Below, in pieces: positions 50,180 to 59,456 of a stretch of DNA of 64,000 nucleotides. Positions within the stretch are counted from its first letter, which is position 1. Each line of letters begins with the position of its first letter. This stretch comes from Minisyncoccota bacterium (GTDB lineage Bacteria; Patescibacteriota; Minisyncoccia; Phycocordibacterales; JABAAK01): the NCBI GenBank assembly GCA_965216295.1, contig OZ244141.1:78163-142162 (forward strand). Direction: 5' to 3'. The notes under the pieces were generated by a model. That model ran no database searches and was not told where the DNA came from. It was given only the letters and a program-made list of their open reading frames with translations. The position numbers and the translations under genes were made by a program.

Positions 50180-52096
50180 TTATTTATTATCACCTTTCTT
50201 TTTGGTACCATAGTATTTGTGAGTAAATTCCCTTGATGCGTTCGTGATTTTCCTTGCTCTATCATTAAGGATTTTTTTAGCAAATGCAATTCTTGCATCA
50301 CTATTTGGAGGAGCTTCTTTTGCTCGACCACTTCCTGCAATAATCTGATCAGCCTTCTTTCCATCCACCTCTCCTATTCTATCTGGATGATGTTGATTCA
50401 TGAGAAGTTTGTACTGATCTCGCATTTTTTCAGGAGAAGTTTCGTTTGACGTACCAAGTATTGCGTGATAGTCATCACCACTCACTTCATCAAGCTGTTT
50501 TCCTGTTGGAGGGGTATATCCTTTTTCTGTGCCATCTGAAGGGTTGTATGGGAGTGCCAGTTTTGATTCTTGTAGGTGTTCTAAACGACGGTTTTTGGGT
50601 ATCGGTGATCCACCACCACCACCACCATCATCTCCTGCTACTGATGGACGAGGGTTAGTTGAAGTTTTTTTATCTTCTTGTGTTTTAGCATCTTTCTTGC
50701 CACCACGATGACGATTAAAGAAGCCAGAAGCAGCACTTGATTTGAATAATATATGTCGATCTTTTAGCGATCTCCCCCCTTTCTTCTTATCACCCTGATC
50801 AATTGATCGTACATCACCAACAAACTCCTTTGTTATTCTCTTTGTTGCTTTCCCTACAGATGTTTTTCCAAGCCAAGCAGCTCTCCTTTTCGTCCACCCA
50901 TGAAATTGACCTTTTCCAACACTATCCGAAAAATCCCTCCCCTGCCATCGCCAATAATTTCGCAAATTCTGCAAACGACCTGTCAAGTTCACCCCGCCCT
51001 TAAGGGCTTTTTGTATCTTGTTAAAGAGACTGATAACGTGGAGTATGAGGAATATCGTAAGGAAGGCGAGAAAGATACTTCCTATAAATTCCTCATAAGG
51101 ACTATTTCCCAAATTTTCATTAAGTATCTTATCCATCAATTCTGTTATTTTAAATACAAACCATAATAGAAAGAAAATAATAACCGGCATTAACGCGGTG
51201 CTCTGTAATTTACCAACCCACCAGATTTTAAACTTTCCAAAAACATTCTTACCATCACCTCCGACAAATAAGGCAATTACGGCAATTGGTGATGTGATGA
51301 GTACAAGAATGGCAACAAAGAATCGTTCAAAAAAGAGAATGATAAGGTAGAAAAATGATGCTGCGAGAGCAAACTTGGTAATCATTGAGAAAAGATGAAA
51401 AAGAATACTCGCTTTAGCGATTGCGGTAGAGCCAGCGGGTGCACTGGCGCCAGAAGATGCACCCGAAAGGGAAATTTTTTGGTGTAAATTGGGATTTATA
51501 AGGTTATCAGCATACAAAGAATACAAACCAGATTGCTGTTGGAACAGAAGTGCAAACAGATTTGATACATCATAAATAAACAATACAAAAAAACCACTAA
51601 AGTTTACCAACAACGCAGCAATAAGTAGTCGTACCAACGTTGCCTTGCTATACCATCCTGGCTTTTCTCGAAGATGACTAAAAACAATCCCAACAGCGAT
51701 AGTTATGAATAGTGCAACAATAATAAGATTGGCGACATCTCTAAAAAACACCCAAACATCCTGAATAATACCTGATTCAGTGGGTGCAACAATGGTGCTA
51801 AATTCCAAGACAGTGAGTGTGGTGGCATGACGAAGCGCATCAAGAGACAAGTCTAATACATTACTTCCGATGGTGTTGTTAAGAAAATCAAACATTAGCT
51901 CAACAACCTTATAAATGGTACCAATAATTGCTGATGCCACCGCCCCCGCCCCCCCCGCTACATCTATTGGTGTTTCTGGTTTCGGAAATCCTGGTCCTTG
52001 TGCGAAGACCCATTGCCAGTCAACAAGTAGTACAACAAGCAATGCAATACAACACCACCCAGCTGTTTTAAATATTGTAATATTCACTTTTTTCAT
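50180..52096 (-). CDS. VirB6/TrbL-like polytopic membrane protein with C-terminal J domain
   Basis: WVFFRDVAN, LLVNFS, R....LVLITSPIA; C-terminal YHAILG...LMNQHHPDRI. Confidence 0.75.
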   Translation of the reverse strand: MKKVNITIFKTAGWCCIALLVVLLVDWQWVFAQGPGFPKPETPIDVAGGAGAVASAIIGTIYKVVELMFDFLNNTIGSNVLDLSLDALRHATTLTVLEFSTIVAPTESGIIQDVWVFFRDVANLIIVALFITIAVGIVFSHLREKPGWYSKATLVRLLIAALLVNFSGFFVLFIYDVSNLFALLFQQQSGLYSLYADNLINPNLHQKISLSGASSGASAPAGSTAIAKASILFHLFSMITKFALAASFFYLIILFFERFFVAILVLITSPIAVIALFVGGDGKNVFGKFKIWWVGKLQSTALMPVIIFFLLWFVFKITELMDKILNENLGNSPYEEFIGSIFLAFLTIFLILHVISLFNKIQKALKGGVNLTGRLQNLRNYWRWQGRDFSDSVGKGQFHGWTKRRAAWLGKTSVGKATKRITKEFVGDVRSIDQGDKKKGGRSLKDRHILFKSSAASGFFNRHRGGKKDAKTQEDKKTSTNPRPSVAGDDGGGGGGSPIPKNRRLEHLQESKLALPYNPSDGTEKGYTPPTGKQLDEVSGDDYHAILGTSNETSPEKMRDQYKLLMNQHHPDRIGEVDGKKADQIIAGSGRAKEAPPNSDARIAFAKKILNDRARKITNASREFTHKYYGTKKKGDNK

Positions 52097-52102
52097 ACAT
52101 TA

Positions 52103-55100
52103 TTAGAAAAAGGGGCGCGGCACATTAACATCAGGTATATTAACAAAATCATCCAATCCAGACGGCGGTGTAGTTATTTTCCGAATACTTTCATCCCTAA
52201 TCCCATAATCAGTTTTCAACGACCTATCTTTTGTTCTGGACGATCTATCACCACCAGGAACTGATTTCCAGAAATTGGAATAATCCCCCAAAATCTTTTG
52301 CTGAACTCGTCCTCGTAACGCAGCGTTATACTGTCTGCCAATTGTATTGCTACTGAATTTTGTTGCCCTAAAGGTCTGAATAGCATCATCATCTTTACTA
52401 AAAATTCTAGCAAAATTAACTGTTTTTGCTTGATCATATCCTGTTCCGTATGTTCCGTAAGATTGTGACTGTAGATTAAATGTAGGAGTGTTTTGTAATG
52501 TTATGTTGGGAATATCAATTATTCCATTTTCATAAAATAGGTAAATGACTCTGGACAACGCCCGAGCTATATTCTTGGTTTTTGTTTCACGAACTTCCTT
52601 TTTCAATGTATTAAGTGTACCTGATTCACAAAAACCTTGGCCCTCAACAGTAACATTAATTTTATCTGTACATTTTTTATAAGCAGGCGCTGCCCCGTTT
52701 TTAATTTTTTTCACAAGAGCTTTCTCAACATTTTGTGGCGTGACTTCATCACTTCCCACCAACTTACTCCTAATTTTCTTTACCCCCTCATTTCTCTCAT
52801 TTTTATACCCATCACTCAAAAAAACATCATCCTCTCCTCGAACACGGAGATATACTCCTAACGTAGATTTATAATCACCAACCAGCTTTTCAGCTACTAT
52901 CTCTTTCTGTTCTAGGTAGGATAAGTCATTGTGAAAATTTCTAAAAGAAAGATTGTTAACATCTTCGTAATAGAGGAATGTATCAGAAACATTCTTCTTC
53001 TCATCCACTATAGTGGTTTCAGTCACATCAATCTTTTTTGTTTTACGACTAATGATGACAATTTTATTCCGCCTCTCTAAAGTTTCTTTAATTTGCACTT
53101 TGGCTTTGAATCCAGAAGGTATCTCGCCGAGCACTTGCTTGCTTTCCAAACTCTTTTTCACATGATCTTTATATATCTCATAAGCTTTATAATCCTGGTC
53201 AAGTTTGGGGTTTGTAACAAGATAGTTGCCCTCATTACCAATGACACCACTCAATAAGTATCGAGCATCACCCGCTGCTTCGACATATTCTTCTGCTTCT
53301 GCGTAACCACTTTCGTCTATAAACGCTACAAAGACCGAATCACCTCCATTAGCAAGTGCATTCGCATTACGATCAAGTTGACCGGTGTCCACCGCATCTA
53401 TACCTCCTTCTAAGAGGTTTTGAAAAACATTACTGAATGTTTGCTCTATTACACTAGATAGAAGGCTACCAATTTCACTAAACTCATCAGCTTCAGACAC
53501 TTGTTCGAGTGGCAGTTGTGAAGCGAATGAAAAGCTTTCTGAGATTAAACTGTAATCCTGATATATAGTTGGTTGTGTTAAGCAGTTAATAAAAGCATCA
53601 ATATCAATCAATCCATCAGAGTTATAACTTCCATCACTACCACACCCATCAGCCTTGTCAGCATCATGACTAGACATAAGAGCTCCAGTTTCAGATGTTA
53701 CCTGCTCTCTCTTTGAAACCGTATCACCAGATATATTATTACGAATCTCTTGTGCATCAAAGAATGTTCCAATGTATAGTTCACTAAACGACTGTGCTAC
53801 ATTAAATGGTCTAAAAGTCACATCTTCTTCTATAATTTTCACATTAACATCTATATCCACATCCACGCCAAAATCAACAGTGCTTTTATTAATATTGTCA
53901 AATATATCACTCCCCTTACACGCCCTGGTTTTAATAATACCAATCCCCAATTCATCCTTTATAAGGCGTGTAAAATCAAGATTAAGGCTGTCATTACAAA
54001 AGAACCCCAAACCCTCTCCTGTCAAAAAACTTCCAACAGCCTCGTCAGCTAAATTTTTCCAGTACTCAGAAGGATTGTCTTGGAAAAAATTTGCTTCATT
54101 GCTCCAATTTACATATTTAGAAAGAAGACCTTGGGTTAGCGCGCTTGAAGCGATTCGTGCAATTCCATCGAGAAGACATTCCTTACCCACATTTGCCAGA
54201 TCGTTAGTTGGTACGCTGATTATAGAAGCGAGACCTCCTAGACCAGCAGCCAAGCAAGCAAGCAAGGTCGCCGCTGCCGCCACAACGCCCGATAAAAGAC
54301 TGCTGCCCGATCCACCACCACCACCACCTCCTTCACCTTCAAGAAGTGTTTCACCAAAATCTTCAAAATCTTCATCTGAGTTTGTTTGCACTTTTAAAAA
54401 TTCAGGTGCCACCACCTCTTCTTCATTCAACCCTTGATAAACAGCAGATATACCCCAATCTCCATCTGTTAGTTTTAAACGAACGCTACCATCACCCTTT
54501 CTTGTTTTTTCTACAACTTCCCCCGTATCTTGATTGAGCGCCACGATAGTTATTTCAATATTAGGAAATCCAGACACTTCAATTCTGTTGTCTATTTCTC
54601 CAGAAGGTGATTCAAAACCCAAAGTTTTGTTGGGCGTTTTTATCTCCAACAGGTCAGGAACATTTGTGGTTATTTCCTTACCTAAACTATCTTTATATGT
54701 AAAACTCAATGACCACTTACCATTTCCTAGAAGTAAGTCTATATAATCATTATCTTTTTGCCTTTCCTTTTTCAAAACCCGATTCCCTCTAGATGCTTTA
54801 ATAGTTATTGGGGTTTTTGGGTCTGCACTATTTATGTTATTTATTGTTATTTTATTTATTAAATTTTCACTAGGTGAAGTAAAGGAGAGAAATATGGGTT
54901 TGAGTGAAGAACCACCACCTTCTTCAGAACCAGATGGATCCCCACCACCATCTTTTTCAGAACCAGATGGATCCTCACCACCACCTTCTTCAGAACCAGA
55001 CGGATCCCCACCACCATCTTTTTCAGAACCAGACGGATCCCCACCACCATCTTTTTCAGAACCAGACGGATCCCCACCACCATCTTTTTCAGAACCAGAT

Positions 55101-55606
55101 GGATCCTCATTACCACCTCTGGGATTATTAGTTCTTCTAGTGATAAATTTTATAAAAGCAGCATTCACAGAACTTCCGGTGTATAAGGAATTATTCCTTC
55201 CAGCACCGTTAAGATTGGAACCATTACCACCATCAAAACCAGACGAACCATTACCACCATCAAAACCAGACGAACCATTACCACCACCACCATTACCACC
55301 ATCAAAACCAGACGAACCATTATCACCATCAAAACCAGACGAACCACCACCACCTCCAGGAGCAGTTGTGCTACTATCAAGGTCACCACCAGGAGGTTTT
55401 ATATTAAATATCCTAGCCAAATCTTTTGATGTTTTTGGTTCTAAAGAAGTTCCTCTTAAGGACGGGTCTACCAAAACCTCGCCATCTCCTAGTCGATCAA
55501 GCGTTCCTCGTTTTGCTTCGTCACCCTCTAAGATAAATAAATAGACACCGCTCGCTACCAAAACAACCACAGAAACAACACCAATAAGGATAAATCTAAA
55601 AGTCAT
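52103..55606 (-). CDS. Large membrane-anchored protein with Gly/Ser repeats and Ig-like domains
   Basis: N-terminal TM, tandem repeats, two related beta modules, KECLLDGIA motif. Confidence 0.8.
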   Translation of the reverse strand: MTFRFILIGVVSVVVLVASGVYLFILEGDEAKRGTLDRLGDGEVLVDPSLRGTSLEPKTSKDLARIFNIKPPGGDLDSSTTAPGGGGGSSGFDGDNGSSGFDGGNGGGGNGSSGFDGGNGSSGFDGGNGSNLNGAGRNNSLYTGSSVNAAFIKFITRRTNNPRGGNEDPSGSEKDGGGDPSGSEKDGGGDPSGSEKDGGGDPSGSEEGGGEDPSGSEKDGGGDPSGSEEGGGSSLKPIFLSFTSPSENLINKITINNINSADPKTPITIKASRGNRVLKKERQKDNDYIDLLLGNGKWSLSFTYKDSLGKEITTNVPDLLEIKTPNKTLGFESPSGEIDNRIEVSGFPNIEITIVALNQDTGEVVEKTRKGDGSVRLKLTDGDWGISAVYQGLNEEEVVAPEFLKVQTNSDEDFEDFGETLLEGEGGGGGGGSGSSLLSGVVAAAATLLACLAAGLGGLASIISVPTNDLANVGKECLLDGIARIASSALTQGLLSKYVNWSNEANFFQDNPSEYWKNLADEAVGSFLTGEGLGFFCNDSLNLDFTRLIKDELGIGIIKTRACKGSDIFDNINKSTVDFGVDVDIDVNVKIIEEDVTFRPFNVAQSFSELYIGTFFDAQEIRNNISGDTVSKREQVTSETGALMSSHDADKADGCGSDGSYNSDGLIDIDAFINCLTQPTIYQDYSLISESFSFASQLPLEQVSEADEFSEIGSLLSSVIEQTFSNVFQNLLEGGIDAVDTGQLDRNANALANGGDSVFVAFIDESGYAEAEEYVEAAGDARYLLSGVIGNEGNYLVTNPKLDQDYKAYEIYKDHVKKSLESKQVLGEIPSGFKAKVQIKETLERRNKIVIISRKTKKIDVTETTIVDEKKNVSDTFLYYEDVNNLSFRNFHNDLSYLEQKEIVAEKLVGDYKSTLGVYLRVRGEDDVFLSDGYKNERNEGVKKIRSKLVGSDEVTPQNVEKALVKKIKNGAAPAYKKCTDKINVTVEGQGFCESGTLNTLKKEVRETKTKNIARALSRVIYLFYENGIIDIPNITLQNTPTFNLQSQSYGTYGTGYDQAKTVNFARIFSKDDDAIQTFRATKFSSNTIGRQYNAALRGRVQQKILGDYSNFWKSVPGGDRSSRTKDRSLKTDYGIRDESIRKITTPPSGLDDFVNIPDVNVPRPFF
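54909..55106. repeat. Six 33-bp tandem repeats encoding DPSGSE(K/E)(D/G)GG(G/E)
   Basis: ccaccaccatctttttcagaaccagacggatcc units; boundaries approximate. Confidence 0.9.
55218..55345. repeat. About four 27-bp tandem repeats encoding GSSGFDGGN
   Basis: gaaccattaccaccatcaaaaccagac units; boundaries approximate. Confidence 0.85.
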
Positions 55607-55625
55607 TATATTCAGTATAACTCAG

Positions 55626-56555
55626 TTATTTACTCAGTTCTTTTATAATATCTTGCAAACTCTGGAGAAAAACATCAAACTTTACCGTCGTCGTACCTCC
55701 TTCCGGAGCATTCGGGTCAGTTGGGGCTAATAAACGTATACCCAACACAACATTATCAGCTGTTGGAGGTAATAATGAAACATCTACCGCAGCACATGAG
55801 TCAGAAACCCTTTTGATAAATAGTGTGTATTGCGAATATATTGCGTGTGGTACTCGTCGTGGTAACTTTTGAAGTATCTCTTGACACAAAAGTTGTAATT
55901 GAAGCGCTTCTTCACGACGACCTTTCTCATTTGCAAATGCCCCAATAACAATTTTTTCTACAGGAGTTTTTATAGCGCCAAGTAACTGAATTGCAGAAAT
56001 GAATTCAGAGAGCACCGCGCCCCTATCAACCGAATCATCAACTTGCACAACCAAATCTGAATCCTCGCTTTTTGATAATTTTTTAGTAACATCTGCAACA
56101 GAATCTTTTACTATTTGATCAATCTCTTCTTCAGTTACATTTTTGTAACCATCTCGTGAATATAATATTTTGCGCAATACATCAGAGGTACGCTCACTCG
56201 GACCACCTTGTTCTTCTGTCGTTCGTGCCGTTGCCTCATCAATTTCTGCTTGGTAAGCAAGTGATGTTGGATTATCTGGATCTGTTCCTTTAAGAACTTC
56301 CAGCCAATTCGGCACGCCATCACCATCAATATCTTCATCTGTAACAGAATACTTGGTCAAAAAAATATTTCCTGGTTCCTTATCAATATTGTTGTATAAC
56401 CATATCATCAGTACGATAAACCAAAACACAAAAAAAACAATGAGTATAAATAATGTTTTTCTCTCTACTAGGGGCATTCGCCGCATTTGAGGAGGACGTT
56501 TTTCCAATCGCCCATTCTTACTATGCTTATTGTGAGGTGTTGGGTGAGGATGCAT
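55626..56555 (-). CDS. Membrane protein with thrombospondin type 3-like Ca-binding repeat
   Basis: TM followed by DIDGDGVPNWLEVLKGTDP; start placed at ATG 56555. Confidence 0.75.
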   Translation of the reverse strand: MHPHPTPHNKHSKNGRLEKRPPQMRRMPLVERKTLFILIVFFVFWFIVLMIWLYNNIDKEPGNIFLTKYSVTDEDIDGDGVPNWLEVLKGTDPDNPTSLAYQAEIDEATARTTEEQGGPSERTSDVLRKILYSRDGYKNVTEEEIDQIVKDSVADVTKKLSKSEDSDLVVQVDDSVDRGAVLSEFISAIQLLGAIKTPVEKIVIGAFANEKGRREEALQLQLLCQEILQKLPRRVPHAIYSQYTLFIKRVSDSCAAVDVSLLPPTADNVVLGIRLLAPTDPNAPEGGTTTVKFDVFLQSLQDIIKELSK

Positions 56556-56581
56556 ACACACAGTATATGGTAAAATGAAGT

Positions 56582-56989
56582 GTGGTGATATCAAACAGTA
56601 ATCAAACCTCTTTGGCGATAAGAGGAAAAATTGCCATTATTGTATGGAGTCTCTCTTTCTTCGCATTTTTTAGTCCTCAAGAAGTAGACGCGTTTTTCAT
56701 ACCCGAGGGAGGTCGTATATTAATTGCTCTCCCGCCCTGCCATCTTCCTATCCCCGGTTCAGTATGGACGCTCAGTATTAATTTAGCAACCAAATTACCT
56801 CACCCAGAACTGCGATTTCCCGTAGCACCAAGAGCACACTATATTCCACCACTACCTATAACAAATACTTTAGGACAAGCATTACCCATCAGGTTGCCGT
56901 GCTGTTGGTATATAGGGATAGCTATCATATGCAACCCTGTTCCAGGATTTCTTCCAGCACCACCCTCTCTTTACGGTGCCTCTTTTTAG
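56582..56989 (+). CDS. Pro/Cys-rich exported hypothetical protein
   Basis: Signal-like segment ending VDA; fills the gap between flanking genes. Confidence 0.55.
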   Translation: MVISNSNQTSLAIRGKIAIIVWSLSFFAFFSPQEVDAFFIPEGGRILIALPPCHLPIPGSVWTLSINLATKLPHPELRFPVAPRAHYIPPLPITNTLGQALPIRLPCCWYIGIAIICNPVPGFLPAPPSLYGASF

Positions 56990-56994
56990 AAAGA

Positions 56995-57750
56995 TTAGAG
57001 TAATGCTGCGCATTGTTTCCAAGAATCAAAAGAAACATCTTCCGCTCGTGTTGTTTCTGTAACACCACAATTCATTAAACGGGTTTGTATGTCACTGTTG
57101 TGTGCAAACTTTTTTAACACCGCTTTTCGTTTATGTCTGAAAGCTGTGTGGATTAGTGAAAAAAAGTTTTGCTGTAATTGCTCTTCAACAGGAGAAATAT
57201 TTTCTATACTCAATATTGCGGAAGACACTTGAGGTTTTGGATGAAATGCTTGAGGCGGTACTGTTGTGATAATTTTTGGTGTACCAAAAAGACGAACAGA
57301 AAGTGAGAGGAGTGAGTGTTTGGTACGATGGGTAATTCTTTGAGCAACTTCCTTTTGCAACAAAAGAGCCATGCGAGTTGGTGGTACAGACGACGTTAGT
57401 AATAATCGCAACAGTGAGCTGGTGAGATAGTATGGTATGTTTGCCACAACCACAAATGGGGTTTTGGATATATGACTTTTCCATGATTCGTTTCGCGCAT
57501 CATCTTGTATGAGAACCAACTGCTCTTTCTCCAATGCCTCAGCAAATCGTTTCTGTAGACACTCTACTAAAACAGGATCTTTTTCTACGGCGTAGAGTTT
57601 TTTTGTATGTAAAAGGAGGAGTTCTGTTAAGACACCCTTACCAGGCCCGATTTCTAAAACCACTTCATTGTGCTGTATATGTGCCGCCTTTATTAACATC
57701 CCAGCAAATCGTTTGCTTTTTAAAAAATGTTGTCCTAATCGTGCTCGCAT
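56995..57750 (-). CDS. rsmA: 16S rRNA dimethyladenosine transferase
   Basis: LGQHFL, EIGPGKG, VANIPY, QKEVAQR, F.PKPQVSS. Confidence 0.96.
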   Translation of the reverse strand: MRARLGQHFLKSKRFAGMLIKAAHIQHNEVVLEIGPGKGVLTELLLLHTKKLYAVEKDPVLVECLQKRFAEALEKEQLVLIQDDARNESWKSHISKTPFVVVANIPYYLTSSLLRLLLTSSVPPTRMALLLQKEVAQRITHRTKHSLLSLSVRLFGTPKIITTVPPQAFHPKPQVSSAILSIENISPVEEQLQQNFFSLIHTAFRHKRKAVLKKFAHNSDIQTRLMNCGVTETTRAEDVSFDSWKQCAALL

Positions 57751-57886
57751 ATAGTTATCATATTATTACCACACCAAATGCTTTGCTGATTCTACCCTGA
57801 AGGTCATAAATCAATTTTGTTCCAAGGTGTGTTGTAATAAACACATAATAAACTATTGTGTTACTATTTGTTTAATATAAAAATAA

Positions 57887-57912
57887 AGATGCGCTCATTG
57901 CTGAGCGCATCT
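57887..57912 (-). terminator. Cassette terminator 1
   Basis: Minus strand AGATGCGCTCA-GCAA-TGAGCGCATCT plus T-rich tail. Confidence 0.85.
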
Positions 57913-57938
57913 AAAGACTAAAACCTAGCCGTGAACTC

Positions 57939-58526
57939 TTATTTCAGAGCCGTTTGATCCATTACCCCTCTCAATTCATCAAGTCTCTCATCCAACGCGA
58001 CAGTTATCCGAGTTCTATAAGCAGAAATGACATCAACAGGTAACCTTAAAGTCTTACTATCAGCAAAATACTCTTTGCTCGAGTTCATAATGCTTTCCAC
58101 ATATGCAGGATTATCAGCCTGAGCATTGCAGTCGCGAACATAGATAGTAGTAATAGCATCAACCATCATGAGGTCTTCTCCGTTTACATGGAGAAGTAAA
58201 CGGCAGTATTCACCACCATCAACTCCCAAAGCATCATCAATACGACTAAAAACCGAATCACAATAACCCAATTTTTCAACCGCAACAACACCATCTTCAA
58301 GAGCGTGAACTATTCCAATGCATGTCTCCGATTTTCCGGATTCGGGTGAATGACGCTCACGCCACACAGACGCAACATAAGGATATGTTTTTTCGGTCAC
58401 ATTTTCCGGAGTTGTGGAAGTTACATCAGGGTACCCTCCAGTTCCAAAAGACGGACTCGCAGCAAACGCCACGGGAAAACTAAGCAGGGTGGCAAGAGTT
58501 CCACCAAACAAAAATTTTATATTCAT
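57939..58526 (-). CDS. Cassette A1 secreted protein
   Basis: GGAG SD; signal peptide ending VAFA; AASPSFGTGGYP. Confidence 0.8.
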   Translation of the reverse strand: MNIKFLFGGTLATLLSFPVAFAASPSFGTGGYPDVTSTTPENVTEKTYPYVASVWRERHSPESGKSETCIGIVHALEDGVVAVEKLGYCDSVFSRIDDALGVDGGEYCRLLLHVNGEDLMMVDAITTIYVRDCNAQADNPAYVESIMNSSKEYFADSKTLRLPVDVISAYRTRITVALDERLDELRGVMDQTALK

Positions 58527-58609
58527 AATACTTCTCCAAAGCAATGAAAAACAAAAAACCCGCACCAAAGATACAGGCAGACTAAAGAACGATAATCTAA
58601 TCCAAAAGA

Positions 58610-58638
58610 ATTGTACTATATAAACATGTGGTTGTCAA
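58610..58638 (-). promoter_or_regulatory. sigma70 promoter, cassette A1
   Basis: TTGACA-17 bp-TACAAT. Confidence 0.85.
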
Positions 58639-58661
58639 ATAGCTGTTTAGTATAAAAACAA

Positions 58662-58687
58662 AGATGCGCTCATTGCTGAGCGCATCT
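58662..58687 (-). terminator. Cassette terminator 2
   Basis: Same hairpin plus TTGTTTTT. Confidence 0.85.
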
Positions 58688-58713
58688 AAAGACTAAAACC
58701 TAATCGCGAACTC

Positions 58714-59298
58714 TTATTTCAGAGCCGTTTGATCCATTACCCCTCTCAATTCATCAAGTCTCTTATCCAACGCGGTAGTTATCCGAGTTCTATAAGCAGA
58801 AATGACATCAACAGGTATCCTTACTTTACTATTAGCAAAATAATCTTTATATTTTTCCTTCAAATTCATCATGTCTTCTATATATGCAGGATTACCAAGC
58901 TGAGTATTACAATTGCGAACATGGATATTAGTAATAGCATCAATTGGCATAAGATTAAGATCCACCACTTTTTTGTTGAAATAGCAGTATTCACCAACAC
59001 CAACTCCCAAAGCATCATCAATACGACTAAAAATCGAGCCACAATAACCCAACTTTTCAACTGCAAAAACATCATCTTCAAGAGCATGAACTATTCCAAT
59101 ACATTCCGGTTCATCAGGCGACCAGGACTCATACCACACATCCAGAATATAAGGATATGTTTTTTCGGTCACATTTTCCGGAGTTGTGGAAGTTACATCA
59201 GGGTACCCTCCAGTTCCAAAAGACGGACTCGCAGCAAACGCCACGGGAAAACTAAGCAGGGTGGCAAGAGTTCCACCAAACAAAAATTTTATATTCAT
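58714..59298 (-). CDS. Cassette A2 secreted protein
   Basis: Paralog of A1 with identical N-terminus and near-identical C-terminus. Confidence 0.8.
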   Translation of the reverse strand: MNIKFLFGGTLATLLSFPVAFAASPSFGTGGYPDVTSTTPENVTEKTYPYILDVWYESWSPDEPECIGIVHALEDDVFAVEKLGYCGSIFSRIDDALGVGVGEYCYFNKKVVDLNLMPIDAITNIHVRNCNTQLGNPAYIEDMMNLKEKYKDYFANSKVRIPVDVISAYRTRITTALDKRLDELRGVMDQTALK

Positions 59299-59381
59299 AA
59301 TACTTCTCCAAAGCAATGAAAAACAAAAAACCCGCACCAAAGATACAGGCAGACTAAAGAACGATAATCTAATCCAAAAGA

Positions 59382-59410
59382 ATTGTACTATATAAACATG
59401 TGGTTGTCAA
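59382..59410 (-). promoter_or_regulatory. sigma70 promoter, cassette A2
   Basis: TTGACA-17 bp-TACAAT. Confidence 0.85.
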
Positions 59411-59430
59411 ATAGCTGTTTAGTATAAAAA

Positions 59431-59456
59431 AGGTGCGCTCATTGCTGAGCGCACCT
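59431..59456 (-). terminator. Cassette terminator 3
   Basis: AGGTGCG...CGCACCT variant with a compensatory base pair. Confidence 0.85.

Noticed and set aside
46970-52096. Integrative conjugative element
   Set aside because: No integrase, relaxase or att repeats seen; embedded among core genes.
54834-55544. 236-aa Pro-rich + strand ORF and nearby His/Val-rich ORFs
   Set aside because: Antisense or alternate-frame shadows of the tandem repeats in the 1167-aa gene.
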